NCBI RefSeq assembly: GCF_009914755.1
Contig: NC_060942.1
DNA: 64,000 nucleotides
Source: the human T2T-CHM13v2.0 reference genome, Homo sapiens
Strand: one strand, 5' to 3'
Below are positions 42,088 through 57,032 of this stretch, piece after piece. The notes beneath the pieces were generated by a model, which ran no database searches, was not told the DNA's origin, and saw nothing but the letters and a program-made list of their open reading frames with translations. How positions within the stretch are numbered: position 1 is the stretch's first letter; the number at the start of each line of letters is the position of its first letter. The position numbers and the translations under genes were made by a program.

Positions 42088-44393
42088 AAAGGAATAGGTT
42101 TCTTGATGAGACTTGTAATCATCCTAAATGCCTGTTTTAACTGCCTACTGCATACATTCATACACACAAGAGAGCTTGCAATGTAGCATTTGAACTGGAA
42201 TGACAATTCAACCATGTCTTTGAAACCTGAGAAATTGTCCTGTGTCTCAATCCAAAGCAATAGCTGGGAAATGGTTTAGCAATGGACACTTATTATCTCG
42301 CTGCTAGCCATGCATACTAGTAATACCTGCTAATGCACACATTTCAGCAGCCAGCTTTTCAGTGCTATGAATATTTTAGCCAATATTTAATACCATCAAT
42401 ATTTAACTGCACTGTTTGGACCAGTATTAGATATTTGGACTCACCAATGAATAGGAGACAGTATGGGTCAGGGTTCAAGGAGAACAGACTATACCTCAAG
42501 TAGTTCTAGCAAAAATATTAATTAAGAGTATTAATTGTTTACAGACTTGTTGAGAAGCCTGAGAAAACACATTCCAAGTTGAATATGTAGGAAGTAACAT
42601 TGAGCCACACTGCAGAACAATGTCACCATGGGAGCTAGTTCTACATCAACTGGCTCCAGGAGTAAACCACCACTACTACACTTACAAAACTACCCCCATC
42701 AGGACAAAGCCACAACCAAGAAACATCAATTAGCAGGAAGCAATTGCAGAAAAATAAGGCACCTCCAAAATAGTTCTTTCCAGAATCAAAGCATATGAGA
42801 AACACAAACCAGGCCTCTGCCTCACTTCTGCCTTCTAGGGTATGTACAAAAGCACCTGATGGATGGAATCAAAATTGTGGCCAAAATCCTAAATGCGAAT
42901 GAGGCTGAGAAATTTAGCTATTACGTTTCTGGCTTATAAACTGCAGGAAGGTACATGAGAAGGAACAGGGAATTGATGTTTTCAGTGCTGGGTCAATTTG
43001 AGTAATAGTTTTTCAGGCCTTCGAATTTGACTCAAAGTAACTCTTGGCATGATCAGAAGAAGAACTGTGTGGGCACGTGTCCCTTCACTGCCACTGTACC
43101 AGTTCCTCACCTCCTTTTTCTAGTTGCATTCCTAGAGAAGATGCTGGATCATTAATTTCCATATAGCAAATAGCAAGACGGAGGAGTATAAAATGGGACT
43201 GTGATGACACACAGAGATCCATTCCTGCTAACTTTAGGTTGAGTTTTTTTAAATGTCACATTTTGTTTAAATTACAGGTGGTTGAAATTGTTACTTTTGC
43301 CTTCAGCAAACTTACAAGAAGAAGAGAAAATCAATATGACCTAGAGAAGAGGTAACTGGTCCAATATAGAAATACATATCTTGTCCTTCAGCAACTGAGA
43401 CACAAATTGAAGAAGAATTTGCAATCAGTATCACAAATAGGATGCAGCATCCTCATCTGATTTGTCAACTAGATTAATTTGCTTCCTTTTCTTATTCACA
43501 CTGAATAAGGTCTTGCCACTAGATTCCATACTTTTTCCATACTTTGATTTTATGATAGCTGCACCTGTTCCTCCTCACCTTGTTTGCTGGTTCAAGTAGA
43601 CAACCACATCAACACATGAGCACAACAATTATTGTTTCAAGTTTCCAGATAATCACCCTATTTTAAATTATAGTTGGTATTTACCTTTCATTTTCTCATA
43701 TTTTTGTCTTTTTGCCTGTCTTGATAAAAAATTTTTCTGTGGTGTCTCAGTAAAACCTTCCTTTTCTCCAGTAAATTCCACCATGTTCTAAAATAATCTA
43801 AATCCTTAGTTGAATGCTGTTCGCTTGAATGCTTTTGCTTCTAGAGCTCTGGTTTTTCTTTACTTTCTCCAAATTCTGACATAGACTTTTTTCTTTCTAG
43901 GTAGGAATTTTGCCTAGTTTATTTTGATTTCTATCTGTATTAGGTTATTTAATGAGCTTTTGACTACAGTTTTGGTTTACAGAGTCATTTTTTAGGATCT
44001 TTGTCTACCATTTCCCTTGCCTTCAGGTATGGTGCTTTTTTTTTTCTGAAGATCTTGGCCACATCCTTGCCATCAAAAAAAAAAAATCCAAATCATATTA
44101 TGATTCACTACTCATTAATATGGAAAGAATGTCTAGACATCCTTTTCCTCTTCACTATTCTCACACAGAAATTAAAAATCCATACTTTCATAGAAAAGAA
44201 AACTCCTGCCTTACACAAAAAACTCTTAAGTACAGTTTTAAAATATTTACAATTATTTATATTAATGTTTTTAAAATATTTTCCTTGGTATTCTCTAATG
44301 GAAACAAATCCTGTCTAAATTTGCAATTAATTTTGGAAGAAAATATTTATTATATAGAAATGTTGTTGTAACATTAAGATTTTTGTCATTATT

Positions 44394-44825
44394 CTTGGAA
44401 CCAACCCAAATGTCTATCAATGATAGACTGGATTAAGAAAATGTGGCACATATACACCATGGAATACTATGCAACCATAAAAAAGGATGAGTTCATGTCA
44501 TTTGTAGGAACGTGGATGAAGCGGGAAACCATCATTCTCAGCAAACTATCACAAGGATAAAAAACCAAACACCACATGTTCTCACTCATAGGTGGGAATT
44601 GAACAATGAGAACACATGGACACAGGAAGGGGAACATCACACACTGGGGCCTGTCGTGGGGTTGGTGGGGGAGGGATAGCATTAGGAGATATACCTAATG
44701 TAAATGACGAGTTAATGGGTGCAGCACACCAACATGGCACATGTATACATATGTAACAAACCCGCATGTTGTGCACATGTACCCTAGAACTTAAAGTATA
44801 ATAATTTAAAAAAAGACAATAAAAA
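44394..44825 (+). mobile_element. 5'-truncated L1PA (L1PA4/5-like) 3' end
   Basis: ggaaccaacccaaatgtc...aacttaaagtataataa plus A tail; perfect 18-bp TSD aagatttttgtcattatt at 44376-44393 and 44826-44843. Confidence 0.96.
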
Positions 44826-46789
44826 AAGATTTTTGTCATTATTTTCTCCAGCTAGAACATCTGTATATAAATTAAGGAGATAGTAAGTAAGAAGAAAAAG
44901 AAATAAAAAGACTAAGTAGGTGCTAAATAAGTATATAACTCATCCTTGATATATTTTAAAAATTGACTGGGGTAATATTTTTTAACACTACCATTGTTTT
45001 CATGAAATGAAGACAGATAATTCTTAATGTCTAGTATTGAAAACATATGGATTCTTGACATGATATCAATAAAATGTATGTGGTTAAGGTAAGAGGTAAG
45101 AGATTAGCTTTTACTTTTACCACCCAGATTTTTGATGTTGATACACAAAGCTGGAGTATAACAGCCTAATACGTATGCATCTAGATAAATCTAAAATGGT
45201 TTTATCTCAAGCTGAATTCATCATAATGTAGAATAAAACCAGTTAAAATAAATTTACCAGTTGCAATCAAACAAGAAATGAAGCTTAGTCATATGCACCC
45301 CCCAAACTTCGAAAAGAAAAACAAACACCAAAATAAATAAACAAAAGTCTTGTGATTTTATATGTAGCACAGCTTCTGACCTCCATCCCACCTCGAAGAG
45401 AGAGTACTGAGAAAAGAATAGAAATTATTTTTTAAATCCTGAATATTCCTACCAACAGCCTTCAATTCTGAGATAAGCTGACAGCTGCTGTGAGGAAAAT
45501 TACAAAGATAAAACCACCGAGACTAGGAAACTGCTGGGAGCAGAAGTTTTCAAGGTTCACCTTGAGACCTCAGCTTAGGTAGGAAGATCACACACAGCTT
45601 TTTGTCTTTCAGTGCACTAGGCTGAGTGGAGGATGAAACTTCGCTACCTTAAGAACGAAAGGATCCCCAGCTGGGATAGTTCAGATTGGTGGAAACTGGG
45701 GATGATATGTGTTTTGTTATTTATACTTGTTTTCAATGTTTATATTTTTAATAATAAGCATATATCATTTTTATTATAATAATATCTTTTTTATAAAACA
45801 GAAACATAATGATTATTTCATTATACCTTTTAAAAAACAGGAACATTATGATTATCTCGTTATACCTTTTTATGTTCCTGTTTTTTATAAAAGATACATG
45901 CAGAAAGATTTATCATGATATTAAGTGGTTATTGACTTGGTTGGGCATTGACATTCTAACACACTCCTACGGGCAGTCAACACCACAGAGCAGCTCACCT
46001 CTCTCTGTTTACCCTTGTGTCATTATTAAAATAATCCTTTGAAAGTGCTTGGTTGACATTCTCCAAAATCACCCCTTTATTCTCAAAGGTCTTATTTGGA
46101 CAAATTTTTATCCATAAAGCACTTCTTAGTTAATTGAAAATGTAATTGGAAGCAAAACCAACCTTAAAGCCTACTTGTGAGGATATTTCATAATTACAAC
46201 ATTAATTGGGTTGATTAAGTCAACATGATTTTGAAAATTACCTTCACAAAGACAGTTCCTATGTCCACACATTATAGTTTCTCAGAAAAAGAGTGTCATT
46301 TCTTCTAAAAGAAAAAATACAAGAATTCGTTAAAAACATAAAAAAGGATTTAAAACATGAAGTCAACACTACTAGCTATTTTCAAATATATTTTTTAAAA
46401 AGTCAACAGATATATATATTTGTAAATGAAAGCAAATAATTTTATGACTTGAAATAAATATGTGATATTATATATAAAGTATCTGAAGTATATTTACCAA
46501 CTCTACAGGGTAATCAAGCACAGCGATGTAAGCTGTTGTACATAAATATTACCAAAATCAGGAAGTATTTTATACATAATTTCTACAGACGAATGTTATC
46601 ACTGAGCCTGAGTCATTATGATTTAACATTCTACTCATGGCTCATTGGGGAATAAAGCTAAACTTCTAGATAATAAACAATGCATTCTTTAATTATTTTA
46701 TTCCCAGCACATCTTTTCACACATAAAATACCAGAAGATGCATACAAACATGAAAACAAATGGAATTATTTGGAAAGTTAAGAATTCTG

Positions 46790-48010
46790 TAGAATCCAAC
46801 GTCAGCAGAATAGCAGACTAAAAAGCTCCAAATGCTTTTCCTCCAAAGAAACGTTAAAAAACAACAACAAAACACCCTGAAATGATCTAAACCAACTTTG
46901 AATGAACTCTGAAAACAAAGGTTTGTAGCAACCAAGCAAACACCCAATCAAGAAGAAGACATCTCCAAAACGGTAGGAGACATTTTGTGGTGTTTTTACT
47001 TTCTCCACTCCGTCCCTGGCCCAGTGGCAATCTTGGTATTGGAAAAAGCAACTCAGTTTCTAGTTCCCCTCATCCTCAAATTGAAGGGAGCAGAACATAC
47101 CTTATTTGCAAATTACTGGGCATATCTGTTCTAACCTGGTTGGAGGTTATTTGAAGAACTGATGCGCTAGTCTCTGTCTGGCATAATTTGGAATACAGGC
47201 AAAGAAAGAGGTCCTCATAAAAGCTATAAGGAACTACAAACCCACACATGCTTGGGATAGGAGATCACACATAATAGACCATCTAAGGCCCAGAGAGGAA
47301 GCTGGGGTAAGACTCTGGGAAATTAGGACATTGAATAGTAACTGCTTACATACACACGGGACTTTAGAGAGTCACAAGTGCATGTCCAGCCAAGACTCAT
47401 GCTCAGAAATGTCCTGAGAAGACCTTAAGCTTTCACCTCAAGGTGAGACCTAGGATCAAAGCAAGCCTAGCTAACCGGTGAATGGCTACCCCTGCATGAA
47501 GTACATTTGTGTAGACTGGGAGAGGTAGTTGTTCTTTCTTTTCAGTCTTTTGTGTGTGTGTGTGGTGGCGGGGTGGGCAAGGGGGTGTTTTTGTTTATTT
47601 GTCTGTTTCAGCTCCTGGCATTCAAGGAAATCTCTTTCAAAGCATTTGCCGAACATGAGCTGAAGGAACAGAGGCTTCAATGAGTACATATAACAAGAAT
47701 AATTGCTGCATAGTTTAAAAATGTCTCAAAACAGATGGATTACTGAAGCTTTTAACAATTAAAAAAATAGAAAGTCTTGAAGAATGGGGAAAATCTGATT
47801 TTCAGAGTTACCGCATTATAATAATGAAATGGCCAATTTGCAACAACAACAAAATAATCACTAGGTATATAAGGAAGAGGAAAACATGGCTCATTCAAAG
47901 GAACAAAATAAATTGACATAAACTGGCTGGGAGGAAGCCTAGACATCACACTTACCAGACAAAAAAATTTAAAACAACTGTCTTAAATGTGCCCAAAGAG
48001 CTAAAGCAAA
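46790..48010 (+). mobile_element. Old L1M 5' UTR and ORF1 start
   Basis: gtcagcagaatagcagacta...aactctgaaaacaaagg...aatctgattttcagagtt...aaaacaactgtcttaaatgtgcccaaagagctaaag. Confidence 0.65.
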
Positions 48011-48319
48011 ATTACAAATCTGTTTTAAAAAATTGAAGTGAAAAAGGGAAATAGGAGGAAAATAAAATACACATCCCAATTCCCTTATCTATAGTAGCTG
48101 AGACTCAAAATATTTAATATATCATATAAAGAGGGCAATTCAAGTAACAGAAGTCTCAGCATATTTAAAAGTACAGAGGTAAACACTATGAAAGACAATA
48201 CTATTGACTAAAATTGTGTAGTGAGGAGATGTAAAAAAAAAAAAAAAGAGAGAAAGAGAAGAGGTAATAGGCTAATTTTACCACCACCTAACGTTACTTT
48301 AATATCCACAAGTGAAAAA

Positions 48320-48525
48320 AGCATTATAGTAAGTTTTGCGATCAGAAAGTGTGATCTTCCAACTTTGTTTTCTTTTTCGTTTGGTTTGGCTATTGGCCTT
48401 GAGTTTCCTTATCAGTTTTAGTATCAGTTTGTCAAATTCTGCAAAGACACCAGTTAGGATTCTGATAGGAATTGTGTTGAATCTGAAATCAATCTAGGGT
48501 TTATTGCCATCTTAACAATATTCTG
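48320..48525 (-). mobile_element. L1M ORF2 fragment
   Basis: tatagtaagttttg...ttccaactttgttttc...ggattctgataggaattgtgttgaatctg...ccatcttaacaatatt. Confidence 0.7.
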
Positions 48526-48688
48526 TATTTTTCAAAAAGCCACTTAGATCAGTCTCTATCCTGAAATCTTAACCTAATCAATTTTCCAGAACTTTTAACA
48601 GAATTTAAAAAAAATAGGCCATAATTCACGTAATGTTGACAAGGTATGGAAAATAAATAAATTTTATCATAGAAATTATATCAAGTAC

Positions 48689-49021
<333 letters not shown>

Positions 49022-50038
49022 GAGTACGTTTATTTGATTCGTGTCAAAGCAGCAGGAAGAAACACTTATAAATATCTACCCACCACACCCGAATTGCACT
49101 GAGTTTTATGGTGTGTTAAAATAAAGCATCTGGTTTTAAATAAAGAAGGGAAAAGCAAAGAAAATAAAACAATGTATTAACTATGAATTAAGGTACAGCT
49201 GAAGTAATTAACAATAGATTAAATGGATCAATAATTACCATATCATACATTAGTCATGTTTGACACCTTCCAAAAAGTATCTAAAATATGTTACCTGGAC
49301 ACATACATAAACTCAGGGGTAGAATTAACTCCGTAGTAAAACAATTTGACAAGTGACCTTACCTCTATTTATAGAGAATGTCAGTAAACACAATTGATAC
49401 GATTTTTATTATAAAAGTTACAGAAATTTCCAGATTTAATCACCTAGAAAACTTTGTTTTAATCTGCTTAATCATAAGGAAGATTGTTCCATGTATTTGT
49501 TTGACAGGCTCCTCGGAATCTAAATATTTATATATTTTGCCTTTCTTACCACCATGTAAATTGTAGAACCGTTGGTGCAAAGATCAAAAGAAAACCTAGA
49601 CTGAGGGACCAAAAGATGGCATAAGGTTTGGAAGGATATGTGGGCTCTGTGTGAAGGGAATGTTTTCCAAGCATTGTAACAAGAGTGCATTGACTTGAGG
49701 TGGAGACAAAACATTAAAAGGTAACGTAAGCTGGCTGGAGGGAAAACATCAGATCTGAAATCAGATCAGGCTCGTTGCTGTGAAGATATGTTAGAAGGCA
49801 AGTTAGAGTCCCATTGTTAGAAGAAGAACAAGATGCCAAATGTTGATCCTGGCAGCTTAAGTTCTCAAAAACATTTGCTGGTTCATGTCTTTTTATATAT
49901 TCCCTGGATATTCCAGAGTCACTCACATAGGGCCTCCACTATGACGTGCAAATAAGGCATCTGGCAAGTGGCAAAGCCAGGATGCAAACTCAGTTCTAAC
50001 TGTGGGTTAGAACAAAGGAGCAGAAAAAAATAACATAA

Positions 50039-50260
<222 letters not shown>

Positions 50261-50330
50261 AAAAAATAACATAAAAGAAGGAGGAAGGAGGAGGTGGGGG
50301 AGGCAGATGACAGGGGGAAGAAAATAAAGA

Positions 50331-50757
<427 letters not shown>

Positions 50758-50959
50758 GAAGAATGTTTTAAAAAAGAGAAGAGAAGGCAAAGAAAGAAGA
50801 TGAAAAGGAAGAGAAGGAAAAAAAGAAGAAAACATGTGCACAAACATTTAACCTATGGTGCAGACACTATTATAGCTCATGTCTCTGCTCTGCTCAAAAC
50901 CATCCAATAGATCTTATTCAAAGTGAGATCCCATATCATTATTACTTTTTAAATTTTGC

Positions 50960-51263
50960 TTGTTTGTTTGTTTGCTTGTTTTGAGACAAGGTCTCACTCT
51001 GTCACCCCGGCTGGAGTGCAGTGACACAATCATAGCTCACTCAGCCTCCAACTGCTGGGCTCAAGTGATCCTCCTGCCTCAGCCTCCCAAGTAACTGGGC
51101 CTACAGGCATGTGCCACCACACTAGCTAATTTATTTAATTTTTTGTAGAAATGAGGTCTCACTATGTTGCCCAGACTGGTCTTGAGCTCCAGATCTCAAG
51201 CAATCCTCTTGTCTCAGCCTTCCAAAGCACTAGAATTATAGATGTGAGCCACCATGCCTGGCC
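50960..51263 (-). mobile_element. AluJ inserted in an L2
   Basis: gagacaaggtctcactct, catagctcac and ctatgttgcccag; (TTTG)n tail. Confidence 0.9.
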
Positions 51264-51830
51264 TCCCATCTGCTATCACAGTCAATGACCCTACAGACTC
51301 TGGCTTCCCACTGTTGCCTTCTCTTCATTTCCTGTTACTCTTCCTTGCTCTCAGTCAAGTTCAGCTGCATCCACTTTATTGAACATATCAAGCAAAATAG
51401 CACCTGAGGGCCCTTGAGTTAGCTGTTTCCTTTCCCCAGAAGTTCTCTGCCCATTTTTGCTGCATGCCCACTGGCTTGCCACCTCACTTCCTTTCACTTT
51501 CTTCAGGTCTCTACTCAAATACTGCCTTTTCGTAAGGGCGTCCTTCGACCACTCTTAATAAAATAAAAACCTGCCATCGTTCTCTATGCCCCTCACTCTG
51601 CTTTATTTTTCTTCGTGTTATTTATTGCTGCATGATGTATTATACATGTATTTGTACATTTGTTTATTACCTGTCTCCCTTCTGTTTCTGGGATGCAATT
51701 GACAAGAGAACACAGATTTTGACTATTTTATTCACTGCTACATCTTTAGCCTCTAGAACTGTGTGCTTGGCATGTGGTAGTTCACCAAGAAATATTTGTG
51801 AAAGTTTGAATGACTGAATAACTGAACAAT
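51264..51830 (+). mobile_element. L2a-like 3' end
   Basis: ttcaggtctctactcaaat...tttattcactgct...gcctctagaactgtgtgcttggcatgtggtag...aaatatttgtgaaagtttgaatgactgaat. Confidence 0.8.
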
Positions 51831-51989
51831 CAAATGAAGAGCCCTGTTTTAGAGAACAAACTGAAACACAGAGAAACTAAGTAGCTTGCCCAGGTCACTT
51901 GGAAAGTTAAACATTTTTCTCATGGTAAGCCAAACAATTATTATACCTGTTTAGAACATAACTTGCATTCAAACTTGAAGCTTATATTT

Positions 51990-52330
51990 TGTCTGTGTGT
52001 GTGCATGTGTCTGCATGTGTGCGTGTGCCTGCTTGCATATGTGCATGTGTGCATGTGTCTGCGTGTGTGTGTGCCTGTGTGTGTGCGCATGTGGGCCTGT
52101 GCATGTCTGTGTGTGTGTGCGTGTGTGTGTGCATGTGTGAGTCTGTGTGTGCAAGTGCATGTGTGTGGGTGTGTGCGTGTGTGTGCGCATCTGTGTGCTC
52201 ATTTGTGTCTGTGTGTGTGTCTGTGTGTGTGTATGTCTGTGTGTGCGTGGGTGTGCATGTATGCATGTCTCTGTGTGTGTGCGTATGTGTGCGTGTGTGT
52301 GCGCGTGTGTGCGCATGTGTGTTTATGTGT
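51990..52330. repeat. Long degenerate (TG)n/(TGCA)/(TGCG) microsatellite
   Basis: About 340 nt of mostly alternating purine-pyrimidine sequence. Confidence 0.95.
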
Positions 52331-55300
52331 TGTCCTTATCTTTGGATCATTGTTCTTTTGTTGCCTTGTCCTCGTCTATCAAGACAATAATCTGATTCTG
52401 TTGTTAGTTTGGTATGCATGTTGATGTATAGATTGGAGATAGGAAATTATGACAGATAGCTGACATAATTTGTTTAATTGGATTACCAAGAAAATCTGTT
52501 GAGAAAGATTGGTTAGATTCAAAAATTACAACTTTTTGAAGTACTAGTATAAAATAGTATTTTTAAAAATTTTTTGAGAAGTCCTCTTCTGAAGATCGTA
52601 AGAGCAGAAATCCTTCACTTTGATTTCCAATTAATTGAAGGGGCATATAATCCTTGAAATTCAGACACAATCTATGGATAGAAGAATGAGGAGAACCCTA
52701 ATTTTAACCTAATTAAATTGTGTTTTTGTTTCACTCTTGCCACCTGCCTTAATGGGAAGGATGTCAAGATAAAGACAAAAGTTATGAAAAAATAAAGGCA
52801 TATTTTCTACATCTGAATTTGTGATTGATTATATGATTTGTAGTCTAAGTTAATACATAAATAAAATTGAATTCCTTCTAAATGATATATGATCTTTCTG
52901 GATCAAGAGGCTGAGGTGAGTGGCTTTCTTTTGAAGAGTACATTTCAAGGTTTAGACTGAGAAAGGTATTCATGTTACACTACTCTGAGACATCGCTTTG
53001 TGGATCACAGATATCCCACTTCATTAAGGTAGAACAACAGAAAAAAATGTGACTAAACCAATATGATTCTGAGAAAACTCATGTCACTTCTTTCTTCTCT
53101 ACTTTTGTTTTCTCTTTCTATGCCTTATATGCTTAAGACCTTTTTTTATATTTCCCCAAATAAACTTATATAATAATATATATCTGCTTTAACGTGTCTG
53201 GGATGATTCATATTAAGAAAAAAACAGAGATCTCAATGTATTAGAAATTTCTGTGAAATTCTTCTTTAGCTTGGACACATCACATTATGTCATAGAAACT
53301 TGAAAAGTCTATGAGCCATAATTTTAATGTCACAGCACAATTCTATAACTGGTAGTGCAATTTACGCAGAATCAGATTACATATGTACAGGGAGTTAATC
53401 TATTAAGGTTAAAACTAAAATCTATCTTTTAATAAAATAAATTACACATTTGTATTGCACAATGCACATTTACCTTAAGGTATTCGGAAAATAAAACAAT
53501 AAAATCAATATAAATTATGTGAGAATTCAGTAGCAAAATACTCAGACCCCTTGTGGAATCATATTGCATCTATTAGTTTGAGCCAATAAAAAACACTGGT
53601 TTATAGTGTTCATAGTGCGTATATTCCTCCCACTATGGTTGCATTGTGCATGGGAGGCAGAGAAATATTCTTGAACGGCTAAGTAGCAGCTGTAGCTTTC
53701 TTCAAATTGGTTTCTGAAGATCCTTTTCTCTTTGAAGTTGTCTTTAGTAACAGTCCTGGCACTGTCAATGAGTCTGTCCAGCCCCAAGTGTCTATTCCTG
53801 TTTGTTCATGGGCGTGGGAGAGGTCTGAGTCACTGAAGGGTGTGTCCCCCACTTTCTTGTAGATACTTGAAAAGGAGCCATGCACACTGGTGCCCAGAGG
53901 CAAAGGCAGAACACCTGGAGGACTCACGTGGAACTTACGTAACCCACCCCCTCCAAAAAAAAAAAACGAAAAGTGCAAACCAGTTTATCTCAAAAGGAAA
54001 TGTTTCTTGCCTCTCTTTCATTAATTTCCAGTTGTTTTTTTTGTTTGACTAGTGGCTAAGAATCTCAGTTCACTTCTCCTATGTTCCAGAAATTAACTTC
54101 TCTTATTTTTCTGTTGGTCAGTTTCTATTTAGAGTCCTAACTGAACCAAAGTAGTAGAGATAAATCTCAGTCTTTTGGGATTTTTTCACCCCAATGTTTC
54201 TGAGGCTGAGTGTAAATTTTGCCTACTCCTGTGGGGTAGTAAGAGTTCTGGGTATGACCATCTGGTGTTTGGTCATAAACTTACACAGGTGGTCACTGAG
54301 GCAGCTCTTACTCCAGTCATGGTCACCTGGGAGTTTCAGACCAGGAGTTTCCATGTTAATTTTATGGTTTACTTACATAGTAGCTAAGAAGCACTGAGAG
54401 GCAAAGTTGCTTAAATGGGATGGGAGCTGGGCAATAAGAACAAATCAAACACCAGAAAAGAAAAAAAAGTGTTACAGAATGTTTGTGTGTATTACAATCT
54501 CATGCTTTTGGGGAGAAAAACTAATTTCTTCCCCATCTTCCCAGGTGCCCATACTAAATCCTGTGGTCTGTCTGTTCTCTGGAAGGTAAAATGTTGCGCA
54601 GCCAACAGACAGGGACAGAAGCTCCTGGGGAGGGTCTCTTGAAACTCAACAAAGCACAGTCTGGGAGAAAGAACATCTTATATAGAGGCAAATGTGATCA
54701 TTTTTAAGTAGATTTGATGCTGCTACTTTTTTGGTGAATTTATTTTAGAGCAGAGGCTAGTATTTTAGTGCAAGCCACTCTCAATCATGAATGCAAAAAG
54801 TCTAGGCAAGGACTCCCTAAAGTTGTTCAGTGGTGTTACGCAGAACGTGTTCTGGCACAGGAATGTAGCATGTTATTTTCAGCAGACATTACCCTCCAGA
54901 ATGGATTCTATTTTAGACAGCATGCTGACTAACGCATAGAGCAGTTTGACAGAAACATGGATCCATTTAGACAGTTCAGATCTGAACAACAACAGATTTT
55001 CAACTCGTTTCAAATTTTTAGAAGGTTTTACCCTTTTGAGTATAGTAGAATTATGCTTGGATTTATAAATTTTTATCCAGAAGGTATTTTCCAGCTTAAA
55101 TAAAATTAAACAATTTTAATTTTTCCAAAGCAAAGTTAAACTAATTTTTAAAATTATTTCATTAAAATTATTTTAATAGGAATTACTTTCTGCTTATATT
55201 TTACAATAAAAATTGAATCATTTGATTAATTGGCCCCTTATATAAAATTAAACCATTTATAGTATTTGCATTGTCAGTTTTCTTTGTGACCATTTATGCT

Positions 55301-55554
55301 AGCCAATTTTTATAGCTGTAAATTTTTGCCAAGAAGATATGATGCTTCCACAGATAACAAGTATTTGTACATACTGTTATACTTATTATCAGATCTATTT
55401 TTGCTTTATCTCATTTGATGTTCCTTTTAAAAATACTCATTTTGAATTTGATAGAAGACTGATAATCATATTTGTTTCTGAGTAAAGCCTGAACAAGTCC
55501 TTTCAGATATTCTAGGATTTCATTCCCAAGTAAAGGGATGCATGAAAAGTCCTC

Positions 55555-55870
55555 ATTTCAGTGAAAGAAGCCAGACACACAAGGCCACATATGTACGATT
55601 TCATTTATATGAATGTCCAGAGTAGGCAAATCCATAGAGACAGAAAAGATATCAGTGGTTGCCAGGGGATAATGCAGGGAGGGGAAGAGGAGAATGACTG
55701 CTTAAAAGGTTTCCTCTTGGGGTGATGAAAATGTTCCAGAACTAGATAGTGGTAACAGTTTCACAACATTTTAAATGTACTAAAGTCACTGAATTATACA
55801 CTTTAAAATGGTGAAAATGATGAATTTTAACCATTCATAGCCATGTTTTATGAATTTTACCATTTTTTAA
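55555..55870 (+). mobile_element. L1MB-like 3' end
   Basis: gtgaaagaagccagacac...ggcaaatccatagagacagaaa...ggggtgatgaaaatgttc...cactgaattatacactttaaaatgg. Confidence 0.85.
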
Positions 55871-56067
55871 GTAAAGGGAAAAGAAGGTTCTGAGATTCAA
55901 ACCTTTGCAATCAAAATAAACTGTCGAATACAGAAGCCCGTAAACATGTTCTGAATACTATTTAATTTTTCTGCCCATGAAACCAAGCCTAATTCTAAAT
56001 AATATAAGAGCCAAAATAAACTGTCTAAGCTGGTATTAACCTTTTTCTTAAATTAAAAATGTTATCA

Positions 56068-56166
56068 GGTTGATAGGTGCAGCAAACCACCATGAGACAC
56101 GTTTACCTATGTAACAAACCTGCACATCCTGCACATGTATCCTGGAACTTAAAATAAAATAAAATA
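56068..56166 (+). mobile_element. Very short L1PA 3' end
   Basis: ttgataggtgcagcaaaccaccatg...tgtaacaaacctgcacatcctgcacatgta...aacttaaaataaaa; TSD core tgttatca on both sides. Confidence 0.88.
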
Positions 56167-56267
56167 AGTGTTATCAATGTTCATTGTGAAAAAATCAACA
56201 CAGAAAGAATAAATTATCAATTCCATTGTCTGGAAATCATGTTTCGGGATTATATATATGCACAAAC

Positions 56268-56273
56268 TTTATT
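56268..56273 (-). terminator. Candidate distal DSC3 polyadenylation signal
   Basis: Minus-strand AATAAA with a U/GU-rich stretch (ttctttctgtgttgattttt) downstream. Confidence 0.45.
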
Positions 56274-56349
56274 TCCCTAAAAAGAGATTAGATATTGTTC
56301 GGTAGTATATCCAACTACATAATTTTACCAACTACCTCACACTTATAAT

Positions 56350-56565
56350 TCTTTTACTATGTGCAGGCAGTGTTCTATGTACTTTAGGTATATTAACTAA
56401 TTTAATCATTCAACAACCCCATGAGGCTGGCATTGTTCATTGATTTTAATGAGAAAGCTAAGAGAGGAAATAAGTAGCCTTTCAAAGGTCACACAGAAGT
56501 AAGTGACAGATCCAGGATTCATATCCAAGCATTCTGGCTCTAGTGTCCATGCTTCTCAACCATTA
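56350..56565 (-). mobile_element. MIR
   Basis: tactatgtgcaggcagtgttcta...tttaatcattcaacaaccccatgagg...aaggtcacacag...caggattc...tctggctc. Confidence 0.75.
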
Positions 56566-57032
56566 TGACCCAATATTCAACCAAATCAATACTGAAGGAC
56601 ACGTGAAATGTATCCGGTATTTTACTATTACAAACAAAAATCCAATGAACATTCTTGAAGACATACACAAAAATAATGGTTACAATAGAAGTTACTGGAA
56701 TTGAAATTTTGGTTCAACCTATATTAAAATGTAAGGCTTTTGATATAGCTAATAGATTTTTGAAATGATCAGTCTTAACGTTTGTAGGGGAGCACACTCC
56801 TGCATGGGGAAAAGATTCACTGTGAAGCACAGAGCACCTTTATGGTTGGATCATCTTGTCATTAAAGTTCAGGCATTATCTATCCTGTAAGTGGCAGAAT
56901 CAAGACTGCAATATTGCCTGCTTTTCTTTTTAACTCATGTTTTCCCTTGACTACACTGGTCCTCAAAGTAAAACCCCTGTGTCAGTGTACTATTCATGGA
57001 ATACTCTGCAATTATAACCACCTTCTAATACT

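Noticed and set aside
51963-52424. Cys/Val-rich and His/Thr-rich ORFs of 82-153 aa
   Set aside because: Artefacts of the (TG)n microsatellite.
53542-54052. Overlapping ORFs in unique sequence as a possible exon or pseudogene
   Set aside because: No recognisable homology or convincing splice pair; lengths are within chance.
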